Source of the DNA: Acidobacteriota bacterium
GTDB lineage: Bacteria > Acidobacteriota > Thermoanaerobaculia > Multivoradales > JAHEKO01
DNA: 36,043 nt
Direction: 5' to 3'
Assembly: GCA_006227875.1 (NCBI GenBank)
Contig: SBFI01000149.1
Coordinates: 1-36,043, forward strand
A model generated the notes under the pieces. It saw nothing but the letters and a program-made list of their open reading frames with translations. It did no database searches and was not told the origin of the DNA. Positions 11,954 to 19,360 of the stretch are shown here, in pieces. Position numbers and translations under genes: made by a program. How positions within the stretch are numbered: the stretch's first letter is position 1; every line of letters begins with the position of its first letter.

Positions 11954-13135
11954 ATGGACCTCACACCCTCCGGGCGTCGGCCGGGAGAAATCCTGGCGGA
12001 TGCGGTTGCCGGCCGTCGGATTACGGCCGGTGAAGCCCACAGCTTGCTGCTCGATGGCGACCTGCTCGAGCTTGGGATCGCCGCCAACGAGGTGCGCAAC
12101 CGGCACAACGATCCGGAGGTCTCCACCTACAACATCGACCGCAACATCAACTACACCAACGTCTGTGTCTACAAGTGTCGTTTTTGTGCCTTCTACCGGG
12201 AGCCCGGCGACGCGGAGGGGTACCTGCTGCCCTTCGAAGAGATCGGCCGCAAGATAGAAGAGACGCTGGCGCTCAACGGGACGGGCATCCTGCTCCAGGG
12301 TGGGGTTCATCCCGATCTGCCCATCAGCTACTACCGGGACCTGCTGGCCTACATTCGCGAGCACTACCCCGATATTCATGTCCATGCCTTCTCACCACCC
12401 GAGATCAAGTTCATCGCCAAGAAGGAGCGGATGAGCTTTGGCGAGGTCATCGCGGAGCTCAAGGCAGCCGGGCTGATGTCGGTTCCGGGTGGTGGGGCAG
12501 AGCTACTGTCGGACGGTGTTCGCAAGGAGGTCTTGGCATTCGCCAAGACCTCTGCCGAGGAGTGGGTCGACATCATGCGCCAAGCACACCGCAACGAGCT
12601 GCGGACGTCGGCCACCATGATGTATGGCATGGGCGAAGGCTTCGAGCCCCGGGTGGAGCATCTGCAGCGGGTGCGGGATCTCCAGGACGAGACCGGTGGA
12701 CTGACCGCTTTCATCTCCTGGACCTTTCAGCACGAGCACACCGACATGGAGGATGTGCCCGAGACCTTTGCCCACGAATACCTCAAGGTGCTGGCGGTAT
12801 CGCGCCTCTTTCTCGACAACATCACCCACATCCAGACCAGCTGGGTCACCCAGGGCAAGAAGATCGGACAGCTCGGTCTGACCTTTGGTGCCGACGACAT
12901 GGGCTCGATCATGATCGAGGAGAACGTGGTGTCGGCGGCCGGCACCAGCTACCGGATGAGCCAGGACGAGATGGAGCATTTGATCAACTCGGCCGGCTAC
13001 ACCCCACGCCAGCGCACCAATCTGTACGAGCGCTTTGTTACCCGTGAGGACACCTCGGAGGCGGCGCAGCGTTATCGCCAGGCTCTGACCCCGGAGAACC
13101 GGGAGCTGGCGTCACCTCTGCCCGTCATCTCCTAG
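11954..13135 (+). CDS. mqnC: Radical SAM futalosine-pathway enzyme, most likely cyclic dehypoxanthinyl futalosine synthase MqnC (MqnE not excluded)
   Basis: 393 aa. It contains DRNINYTNVCVYKCRFCAFYR (the CxxxCxxC radical SAM cluster), LLQGGVHPDL and GGGAELL. The FCAFYR/LQGG pattern matches my recollection of MqnC rather than MqnE. A profile HMM is needed to decide. Confidence 0.75.
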   Translation: MDLTPSGRRPGEILADAVAGRRITAGEAHSLLLDGDLLELGIAANEVRNRHNDPEVSTYNIDRNINYTNVCVYKCRFCAFYREPGDAEGYLLPFEEIGRKIEETLALNGTGILLQGGVHPDLPISYYRDLLAYIREHYPDIHVHAFSPPEIKFIAKKERMSFGEVIAELKAAGLMSVPGGGAELLSDGVRKEVLAFAKTSAEEWVDIMRQAHRNELRTSATMMYGMGEGFEPRVEHLQRVRDLQDETGGLTAFISWTFQHEHTDMEDVPETFAHEYLKVLAVSRLFLDNITHIQTSWVTQGKKIGQLGLTFGADDMGSIMIEENVVSAAGTSYRMSQDEMEHLINSAGYTPRQRTNLYERFVTREDTSEAAQRYRQALTPENRELASPLPVIS

Positions 13136-13150
13136 CGCCGGAGACTCGGC

Positions 13151-13570
13151 GTGAGGGACAAGCGCACCGCCGCCGCAGTTCTCACCCTCTCCTCGGTCCT
13201 GCTGTTGTTGACCCTGGTGTGGGACCATCCCTGGTCTCACGGCCTGCTTGCTCTGCTGGTGGGGAGCTTTCCGGTCGGACTCATTTACCTGGCGACGGTT
13301 GGTCGTCGGGACCCAGCGCGGCTCCACCGGCCGCTTCTACTTCTGGCTGTCATCCTCTGCGGCTGCCTGCTCGTCCTCGTAGCTCTCGATCGGGGGGACT
13401 CCCGAGATTTGCTGCTCGGTCTCCCCGTGACTCTCTGGATCATGCTTGTGGGGCTGACGCTCGCGCCCCTGGTGCTCGTATCGTGGGTCTATGCGGTCAC
13501 CTTCACGGCAGGGGAGTCAAGCCGCCGGCAGGATGCACACCAGCGGGCCTCTGACGGAGGTCCCGAATGA
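13151..13570 (+). CDS. Small integral membrane protein (about 4 predicted TM segments), unknown function, translationally coupled to the symporter
   Basis: GTG start with GGAG 7 nt upstream. Hydrophobic helices are visible (AAAVLTLSSVLLLLTLVW, LLALLVGSFPVGLIYLATV, LLLLAVILCGCLLVLVAL, LWIMLVGLTLAPLVLVSWVYAV). The stop overlaps the next start (ATGA at 13567-13570). Confidence 0.6.
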   Translation: MRDKRTAAAVLTLSSVLLLLTLVWDHPWSHGLLALLVGSFPVGLIYLATVGRRDPARLHRPLLLLAVILCGCLLVLVALDRGDSRDLLLGLPVTLWIMLVGLTLAPLVLVSWVYAVTFTAGESSRRQDAHQRASDGGPE

Positions 13571-15093
13571 GCCCGCTGGAGACCTCCCGTCCGGGTGTTC
13601 TGCTGTTGGCTCTGGGCATGCTGGCGCTGACCATTCTGGTGGGGATCTGGGCGGCACGCCGGACGCGGACGGCAAAGGATTTCTTTATCGCCGGCCAACG
13701 GATCGGTCTGCTGGTTACCGCCATGGCCACCATGTCGGCCGCTTTTAGCGGTTTTGTCTTTCTCGGCGGACCGGGACTGACCTACCGGATAGGTGTCGGC
13801 TCACTTTTCATCATCCTGCCGGTGGGATTCACCTCGGGACTCCTGTGCTGGGTGGTGGGCAAGCGGTTGCGACTGCTGGCGTCGGTCAGGGAGGTCTACA
13901 CCATCCCCGATGCGCTCGAGTGTCGCTACCGCAGCAGACTGACCTCGGGTCTCGGAGCTCTGGCCGTGGTGGTGGGGACCATCGGCTACCTGGGTGCCCA
14001 GATCCTGGCCCTTGGCGTGCTCATCGAGGCCATCTTCGGCACCCGCGAAGCCCTGGGTCCCTGGAGTCCGTTGGTGGCTATGACGGTGGGAATGGCGGTG
14101 GTCCTTCTCTACAGCATCGCCGGCGGCATGATGGCGGGGGTCTACACCGATCTGCTACAGGGTGGAGTGATGTTGCTGGCGGCGGTGGCGGTATTTGTCC
14201 GTGCTCTCGAGGTCGGCGGCGGGGCGACGGGCATCATTGGGTCGATCGCCGACAGCGAGCTGTTCGCGGGGATGCTCAGCCCGTTTGGCGGTGTGTCGGT
14301 GATGACGGCCCTTGGCTTCTTCTTTGTCTTTGGTGTGGGGGTGTTGGGACAGCCTCACATGCTGCACAAGTTCTACATGCTGCGGGAGGTGGGACAGCTC
14401 AAGTGGATGCCGCTGGTGCTCGGTGCTTCGCAGAGCGTCTGTCTGCTGATCTGGGTCGGTGTCGGGCTGACGGTGCCGGCGCTGGTGGCCCGGGGCCGCA
14501 TGCTGCCGCTCGACCGACCCGACGATGCGACGATGCGCTTCCTGCTCGATTTCACCCCGGATCTGGTGGCCGGTCTGGCATTGGCGGGTGCCCTGGCCGC
14601 GATCATGTCGACCTCCGACTCCTTCTTGAATATCGGCGCCGCCTCGTTGGTTCGCGACCTGCCACGGCTCGTGGGCAGACCCGTCCACAGACAGCTGCTG
14701 TGGGGCCGGGTAGCGACGGCGGTGGTGGCGGTGGCAGCGACTTGTCTGGCGCTCGCCTACGGCGACTTGATCGCGCTTTTGGGCACCCTGGCTTTCGGCA
14801 CCCTGGCGGCTGCCCTGGCCCCGGCGCTGGCGGTCGGTCTCAACTGGACACGGGTATCGGCCGCTGCCGCCACCGCATCGATTGCCACCGGTCTGGGTCT
14901 GAATCTGATCCTCGAGCTGCTCCAACGTCAGCGATGGGTGCCGGGGCTCGGGGCTACTCCGATCGAGGGTGTGCTGCCGCCGGCGGTGGCGCTGGCCGGC
15001 TCGTTTGTGGTGCTCTTCGGGATAACCTGGCTCCGCGGGGACCCGGATGGTGAGAGAATCGACCCCGACATATTGGCAATCATGAGGAGCTAG
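13567..15093 (+). CDS. Sodium:solute symporter (SSS/SLC5) family transporter, substrate unknown
   Basis: 508 aa and polytopic. The N-terminal signature ARRTRTAKDFFIAGQRIGLLVTAMATMSAAFSGFVFLGGPGLTY is typical of PutP/PanF/ActP-type SSS carriers. Confidence 0.9.
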   Translation: MSPLETSRPGVLLLALGMLALTILVGIWAARRTRTAKDFFIAGQRIGLLVTAMATMSAAFSGFVFLGGPGLTYRIGVGSLFIILPVGFTSGLLCWVVGKRLRLLASVREVYTIPDALECRYRSRLTSGLGALAVVVGTIGYLGAQILALGVLIEAIFGTREALGPWSPLVAMTVGMAVVLLYSIAGGMMAGVYTDLLQGGVMLLAAVAVFVRALEVGGGATGIIGSIADSELFAGMLSPFGGVSVMTALGFFFVFGVGVLGQPHMLHKFYMLREVGQLKWMPLVLGASQSVCLLIWVGVGLTVPALVARGRMLPLDRPDDATMRFLLDFTPDLVAGLALAGALAAIMSTSDSFLNIGAASLVRDLPRLVGRPVHRQLLWGRVATAVVAVAATCLALAYGDLIALLGTLAFGTLAAALAPALAVGLNWTRVSAAAATASIATGLGLNLILELLQRQRWVPGLGATPIEGVLPPAVALAGSFVVLFGITWLRGDPDGERIDPDILAIMRS

Positions 15094-15097
15094 ACTC

Positions 15098-15976
15098 GTG
15101 AGCATCCGATTTCTGGTCAACCCCGGCTCCGGTGGCGGCAAAGGAGAGCGGGCCCGCGGCCTGCTTGGAGAAGTAGCCGCCAAGGAGGGAGCCGAGCTGG
15201 TTGTCAGCCAGAGCGTCGAGGACCTCTCTCTGGAGGCCAGCAGGGCCGCCGAAGAGGGGGTGGAGCGTCTGGTGGCAGCCGGCGGCGACGGCACTTTTCA
15301 TCACGTGGTCCAGGGGTTGGCCGGTTCCGAATGTGCCATGGGTCTGGTCCCGCTCGGGCGTGGCAACGACCTGGCGGGTACCCTGGGAATCCCAAGTGAG
15401 CTGCCGCAGGCGGTCGAAGTGGCGATCGGAGGTTCAGTCCGTCGGATCGATGTCGGCCGGGTCGGTGGGCACTCCTTTGTCGGCTACTGCGGGGTCGGTT
15501 TCGACAGCGAGGTGGCCGCCTATGTCCAGCAGGGCAGGGGTCCCTTGAGCGGGCAGGCGGCGTACGTCTACGGCGTGCTGCGCACACTGGCCGCCTTCAA
15601 GCCGCCGGTCATCCGCGTCGAGTACGACGGTGGCAGCTACGAGAAGGGTGCCATGTTTGCCGTGGTGTGCAACCACTCCCGCTTTGGCGGTGGGATGTTC
15701 ATCGCCCCCGAGGCCAAGATCGACGACGGGATGCTCGATCTGGTCGTCGTCGAGGCCATCTCCAAGCTCAAGCTCTTGAGGATCTTTCCCAAGGTCTACA
15801 AAGGGGAGCATGTCGGGCATCCGGCGGTGACCATCGTGCGCACCCGCTCGGCGCGGATCTTCGTCGACCGCACCATGACCATGGCCAGCGATGGAGAGCC
15901 CATCATGGAGGTAGGGGAGGATGGGGTAGAGGCCTCGGTCCGCCCTGGTGCTCTCGGGGTCGTGGTTCCCGACTGA
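15098..15976 (+). CDS. Diacylglycerol-kinase-family lipid kinase (YegS/BmrU-like)
   Basis: 292 aa with a GTG start. DAGK catalytic-domain motifs are NPGSGGGKG, VAAGGDGTFHHVV and PLGRGNDLA. Confidence 0.85.
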   Translation: MSIRFLVNPGSGGGKGERARGLLGEVAAKEGAELVVSQSVEDLSLEASRAAEEGVERLVAAGGDGTFHHVVQGLAGSECAMGLVPLGRGNDLAGTLGIPSELPQAVEVAIGGSVRRIDVGRVGGHSFVGYCGVGFDSEVAAYVQQGRGPLSGQAAYVYGVLRTLAAFKPPVIRVEYDGGSYEKGAMFAVVCNHSRFGGGMFIAPEAKIDDGMLDLVVVEAISKLKLLRIFPKVYKGEHVGHPAVTIVRTRSARIFVDRTMTMASDGEPIMEVGEDGVEASVRPGALGVVVPD

Positions 15977-15980
15977 CATA

Positions 15981-16069
15981 GGAAAACTGGGGACACGTAT
16001 CCGATTCTTGCCGCCAACGGTGGAGCTTCATAGGTAATGAAAAGAATCGGTACGTGTCCCCAGTTTTCC
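15981..16069. repeat. Near-perfect 28-bp inverted repeat (arms 15981-16009 and 16042-16069) with a 32-nt loop
   Basis: Arm 1 is GGAAAACTGGGGACACGTATCCGATTCTT. The reverse complement of arm 2 is GGAAAACTGGGGACACGTACCGATTCTT. That gives 28 consecutive Watson-Crick pairs with one bulged T (16000). The loop carries GGTGGAG and ATG 16037. Confidence 0.9.
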
Positions 16070-16576
16070 TGGGGCGCCGTCGTCCTGGCGGTTCTCGTCA
16101 CCCTGGGTCTGGGCGTCTCGTTCGCCCGCCACTTCGACCTGGCGCCGGTCGATGATGCCTTCATCTCGCTGCGTTACGCCACCAACTGGGCGCGGGGCGC
16201 AGGTCTGGTCTTCAATCCGGGAGAGGTCGTCGAGGGCTACACCAACTTTCTGGAAGTAGCCGTCCTGACCGTCGCCATCAAGACAGGGGTCGAGCCGGTT
16301 GTGGCGATGACGTCGATCGGGTGGGTATCGCTCGGTCTGCTGGCGGGGATCTTTACAGCTTTCACCCTCCGCCACTTGGTGCCCGGCAGACCGGTTGTCG
16401 CGGCCACGATGGGTGTGGTCGCCATGCTCAATCCGGTGCTCTTGAGCTGGGCCTCCTCGGGGATGGAGAGCTTGCTCTACGCGGCCCTGCTGCTGGCCAC
16501 CGCCGCGGCGATACTCGAGGACGCCTCGAGGCGACGAACGGTGCTGGCCGCATCCTGCTCGTGCTGGCGGCGATGA
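16037..16576 (+). CDS. GT-C-like membrane glycosyltransferase, N-terminal fragment (apparent frameshift near 16547-16552)
   Basis: 179-aa ORF. A TM helix is followed by the DDAFISLRYA...GLVFNPGEVVEGYTNFL motif, which resembles the first-loop acidic motif of GT-C / arabinosyl- or mannosyltransferase-like enzymes. It ends in the implausible tail SCSCWRR. The continuation is in the -1 frame. Confidence 0.7.
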   Translation: MKRIGTCPQFSWGAVVLAVLVTLGLGVSFARHFDLAPVDDAFISLRYATNWARGAGLVFNPGEVVEGYTNFLEVAVLTVAIKTGVEPVVAMTSIGWVSLGLLAGIFTAFTLRHLVPGRPVVAATMGVVAMLNPVLLSWASSGMESLLYAALLLATAAAILEDASRRRTVLAASCSCWRR

Positions 16577-17601
16577 CCCGTCCCGAGGCGGTGGCTCTGC
16601 TGCCGATCTTTGCCGCTATGGATTACGCTCGGAGCCGTTCCTGGCGCCGAACCGGACTCTTTCTGGGCGTCTTCCTGGCGGCCTACGGGACCTATTTCGT
16701 GGCCCGTTGGATCCACTTTGGCGCTCTGCTCCCCAACACTTTCTACGCCAAGCTCGACTACGGCAACATCGAGCTCTGGCAACGAGGCGCGAACTACGTT
16801 GGTGATTTCTTCGCTGCGATCCCGCTGCTCGGGATCGCAGCCTTCGCGGCTCTGCTGCCCTTTAGAAGATGGCCCAATTGGCTAACGCTGTTTGCGGTGC
16901 TGGTGGTCGGGCAGACCTTGATCGTTGTCTACGAGGGTGGTGACCACTTCGCCATGTTTCGCTTCATGGTCCCGGTGTTGCCCTTTCTGACCGCAATGGC
17001 GCTCCACACCTGTGTCGTGATCAGTGGGCGAATCCAGCGGCGTGATCTTTCCACAGCGTTACTCGTTGTGATGTGCCTGGTGGTCATCGGGATCCCCGGT
17101 CTGCGGGTGGGTCGTCAGCTCCGTCACGACAAGGAGCCGCTCCGCAGCCACTTCGAGTGGCACCGCTTCGAGGTCAGGTTGGCCCACGAGTGGTCGCTTG
17201 TCGGCCGCTGGATGGGGCGTCACCTTCCACCGGGATCCTCGGTGGTGGTGCTGCCGATCGGTGCCATTGGCTTCTACTCGGGTCTGACCGTGCTCGATCC
17301 GGTGGGCATCGTCGATCCGGTGATCGCCCGTCAGGACCGCGAGCTGGGCCGCGGCTACACCGGACACGAGAAGTACGACATCGACTACCTGCTGTCGAGA
17401 GATCCCGACTACATCCTGCTCCTGGACGTAGCCACCTCCGAGCCGGTGCCGCTCGCAGCTCTCGCCCACGAGATGTGGGGCGAGGCCAACCAGGCACTAC
17501 TCCGTCACCCAGGGCTGGCACCGGCCTATCGTTACGAGAACGTGCCCATGGGTCCGCTCTATCTCAACATCCACGTGCGCCTCGATTTGCCCCCGCTGTA
17601 A
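16573..17601 (+). CDS. GT-C-like membrane glycosyltransferase, C-terminal fragment
   Basis: The frame is open from 16321, and sensible hydrophobic sequence begins around 16549 (RILLVLAAMTRPEAVALLPIFAAM). The first ATG in that frame is 16573, which overlaps the fragment-1 stop (ATGA). Multiple TM helices are followed by a soluble C-terminal domain. Confidence 0.7.
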   Translation: MTRPEAVALLPIFAAMDYARSRSWRRTGLFLGVFLAAYGTYFVARWIHFGALLPNTFYAKLDYGNIELWQRGANYVGDFFAAIPLLGIAAFAALLPFRRWPNWLTLFAVLVVGQTLIVVYEGGDHFAMFRFMVPVLPFLTAMALHTCVVISGRIQRRDLSTALLVVMCLVVIGIPGLRVGRQLRHDKEPLRSHFEWHRFEVRLAHEWSLVGRWMGRHLPPGSSVVVLPIGAIGFYSGLTVLDPVGIVDPVIARQDRELGRGYTGHEKYDIDYLLSRDPDYILLLDVATSEPVPLAALAHEMWGEANQALLRHPGLAPAYRYENVPMGPLYLNIHVRLDLPPL

Positions 17602-17604
17602 GGT

Positions 17605-19143
17605 CTAGCCGACGTCGAATTCGACTCCCTGCGCCAGCGGCAGCTCGGTACCGTAATTGATAGTGCAGGTCTGGCGGCGCATGTAGGCCTTCCAGGAGTC
17701 GGAGCCGGCCTCGCGGCCGCCACCGGTCTCCTTCTCGCCGCCAAAGGCGCCACCGATCTCGGCACCCGAGGTGCCGATGTTGACGTTGGCGATACCGCAG
17801 TCGGAGCCGGCCGCAGTCAGAAAGCGCTCGGCCGACAGCAGATTGGTGGTAAAGATCGCCGACGACAGACCCTGGGGCACGCTGTTGTGGAGCTCGATGG
17901 CCTCTTCCAGGGTGTCGAACTCGAAGAGATAGAGAATCGGTGCAAAGGTCTCCTCGCAGGTGACCGGCATGTCACCACTGGCCTCGACCAGGGTGGGCTC
18001 GACAAAGAACCCGGGGCGGTCGATGGTGCCGCCGCCATAGATGACCTTGCCCCCCTGTTCCTCGATCACTTTCAGCGCCGCCTTCATGTCTTCCACGGCC
18101 CTGCCGTCCACCAGCGGCCCCATCAGGATCTTGGGATCCAAGGGGTCGCCGATCGAGATCGACGCATAGGCGCTCTTCAACCGCTCCTTCATCTCCGGGG
18201 CGATGCCCTTCTGTAGCAGCAGCCGGCGGTTGGTCGTACAACGTTGACCCGCCGTGCCGACGGCGGCAAAGAGGACGGCCCTCAGCGCCAGGTCGAGGTC
18301 GGCGTCATCCATGACGATGATGCCGTTGTTGCCACCCAACTCGAGCAGACTCCGCCCCAGCCGGCTGGCCACCACCTCGCCGACCTTGCGGCCCATCGCC
18401 ACCGAGCCGGTGGCCGAGATCAGAGGCACCCGTCGATCGGCGACCAGAGGTCCGCCGACCTGGTGACGGTCACCGATGGCGAGACCAAAGATCGGCGGCG
18501 CGTCGTTGGCCTCGAGAACCTTTTGTGCGATTCGGGTCACGGCCAGCGCGCACAGCGGCGTCTTTGCCGACGGCTTCCAGATCATCGAATCACCGCAGAT
18601 GGCGGCCACGGTGGAGTTCCAGGCCCAGACGGCGACGGGAAAGTTGAAGGCGGTGATGATGCCCACCGGCCCGAGTGGATGCCACTGCTCTGTCATCCGG
18701 TGCTCGGGCCGCTCCGAGTGCATCGACAGACCACAGAGCTGGCGCGACATGCCGACGGCCAGGTCGACCATGTCGATCATCTCCTGGACCTCGCCCAGCC
18801 CCTCGCTGAGAATCTTCCCCATCTCCAGGGTTACCAGCTGCCCGAGGGCCTCTTTGTGCTGCCGCAGCTCGAGACCGAGCTGCCGCACGACCTCGCCGCG
18901 CTGGGGCGCTGGCCAGGTCCGCCACGCCTCGAAGGCTTCGACCGCCGCCGCCGCTACCCGCTCGTAGTCTGTGGCCGTGGCCGTGCGGATCGAAGCGATC
19001 ACCTCGCCGGTGGTGGGGTTGACCGACTCGAGGGCAGGCCCCTGGGTATCGATCCACTCGCCGTCAAAGGCCCCGGGATTGTCCGCGGACAGGCCCAGAG
19101 CGGAGAGCAGTTCGGTGGTGCTGGTCTCGGTTGCGACTGTCAT
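17605..19143 (-). CDS. pcd: ALDH7/antiquitin-type aldehyde dehydrogenase, likely L-2-aminoadipate-6-semialdehyde (piperideine-6-carboxylate) dehydrogenase
   Basis: 512 aa. The ALDH catalytic contexts are LELGGNN and GTAGQRCTTNRR. The C-terminal GAFGGEKETGGGREAGSDSWKAYMRRQTCTINY is characteristic of the ALDH7 subfamily as I remember it. AAGGAG sits upstream of the ATG. The gene lies downstream of a lysine 6-aminotransferase gene. Confidence 0.8.
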   Translation of the reverse strand: MTVATETSTTELLSALGLSADNPGAFDGEWIDTQGPALESVNPTTGEVIASIRTATATDYERVAAAAVEAFEAWRTWPAPQRGEVVRQLGLELRQHKEALGQLVTLEMGKILSEGLGEVQEMIDMVDLAVGMSRQLCGLSMHSERPEHRMTEQWHPLGPVGIITAFNFPVAVWAWNSTVAAICGDSMIWKPSAKTPLCALAVTRIAQKVLEANDAPPIFGLAIGDRHQVGGPLVADRRVPLISATGSVAMGRKVGEVVASRLGRSLLELGGNNGIIVMDDADLDLALRAVLFAAVGTAGQRCTTNRRLLLQKGIAPEMKERLKSAYASISIGDPLDPKILMGPLVDGRAVEDMKAALKVIEEQGGKVIYGGGTIDRPGFFVEPTLVEASGDMPVTCEETFAPILYLFEFDTLEEAIELHNSVPQGLSSAIFTTNLLSAERFLTAAGSDCGIANVNIGTSGAEIGGAFGGEKETGGGREAGSDSWKAYMRRQTCTINYGTELPLAQGVEFDVG

Positions 19144-19360
19144 TGTCGGGTCTCCTTGTTGTGGAAATCTTTGCGGAAATGCTGCTGGGGATCATCGTTT
19201 TGTCACGAATCTACCCCGGTATTTGAAAGCTTGCACAGAATGTTGTGCATCCAATCTAAACCCTGTGTTTTGATCAGTTAGGTCGCTATGACCGTTACCC
19301 GTCTCCGGCGGCGATCGTCGTAATTCCTTCATTTTCCACAGGTTAGCCTCATCGGGCCCG

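Noticed and set aside
15981-16069. The 28-bp inverted repeat interpreted as a MITE or IS remnant.
   Set aside because: There are no flanking target-site duplication (flanks GACATA / TGGGGC), no second copy in this window and no transposase nearby. I kept it as a structural finding and did not call it a mobile element.
19144-19360. Lysine (L-box) riboswitch in the lat-dehydrogenase spacer.
   Set aside because: The reverse-strand sequence lacks the conserved L-box core elements I recall (AGAGGNGC ... GTCGCCGAAG-type segments). Lysine riboswitches normally control biosynthesis and transport genes. A covariance-model scan would be needed for certainty.
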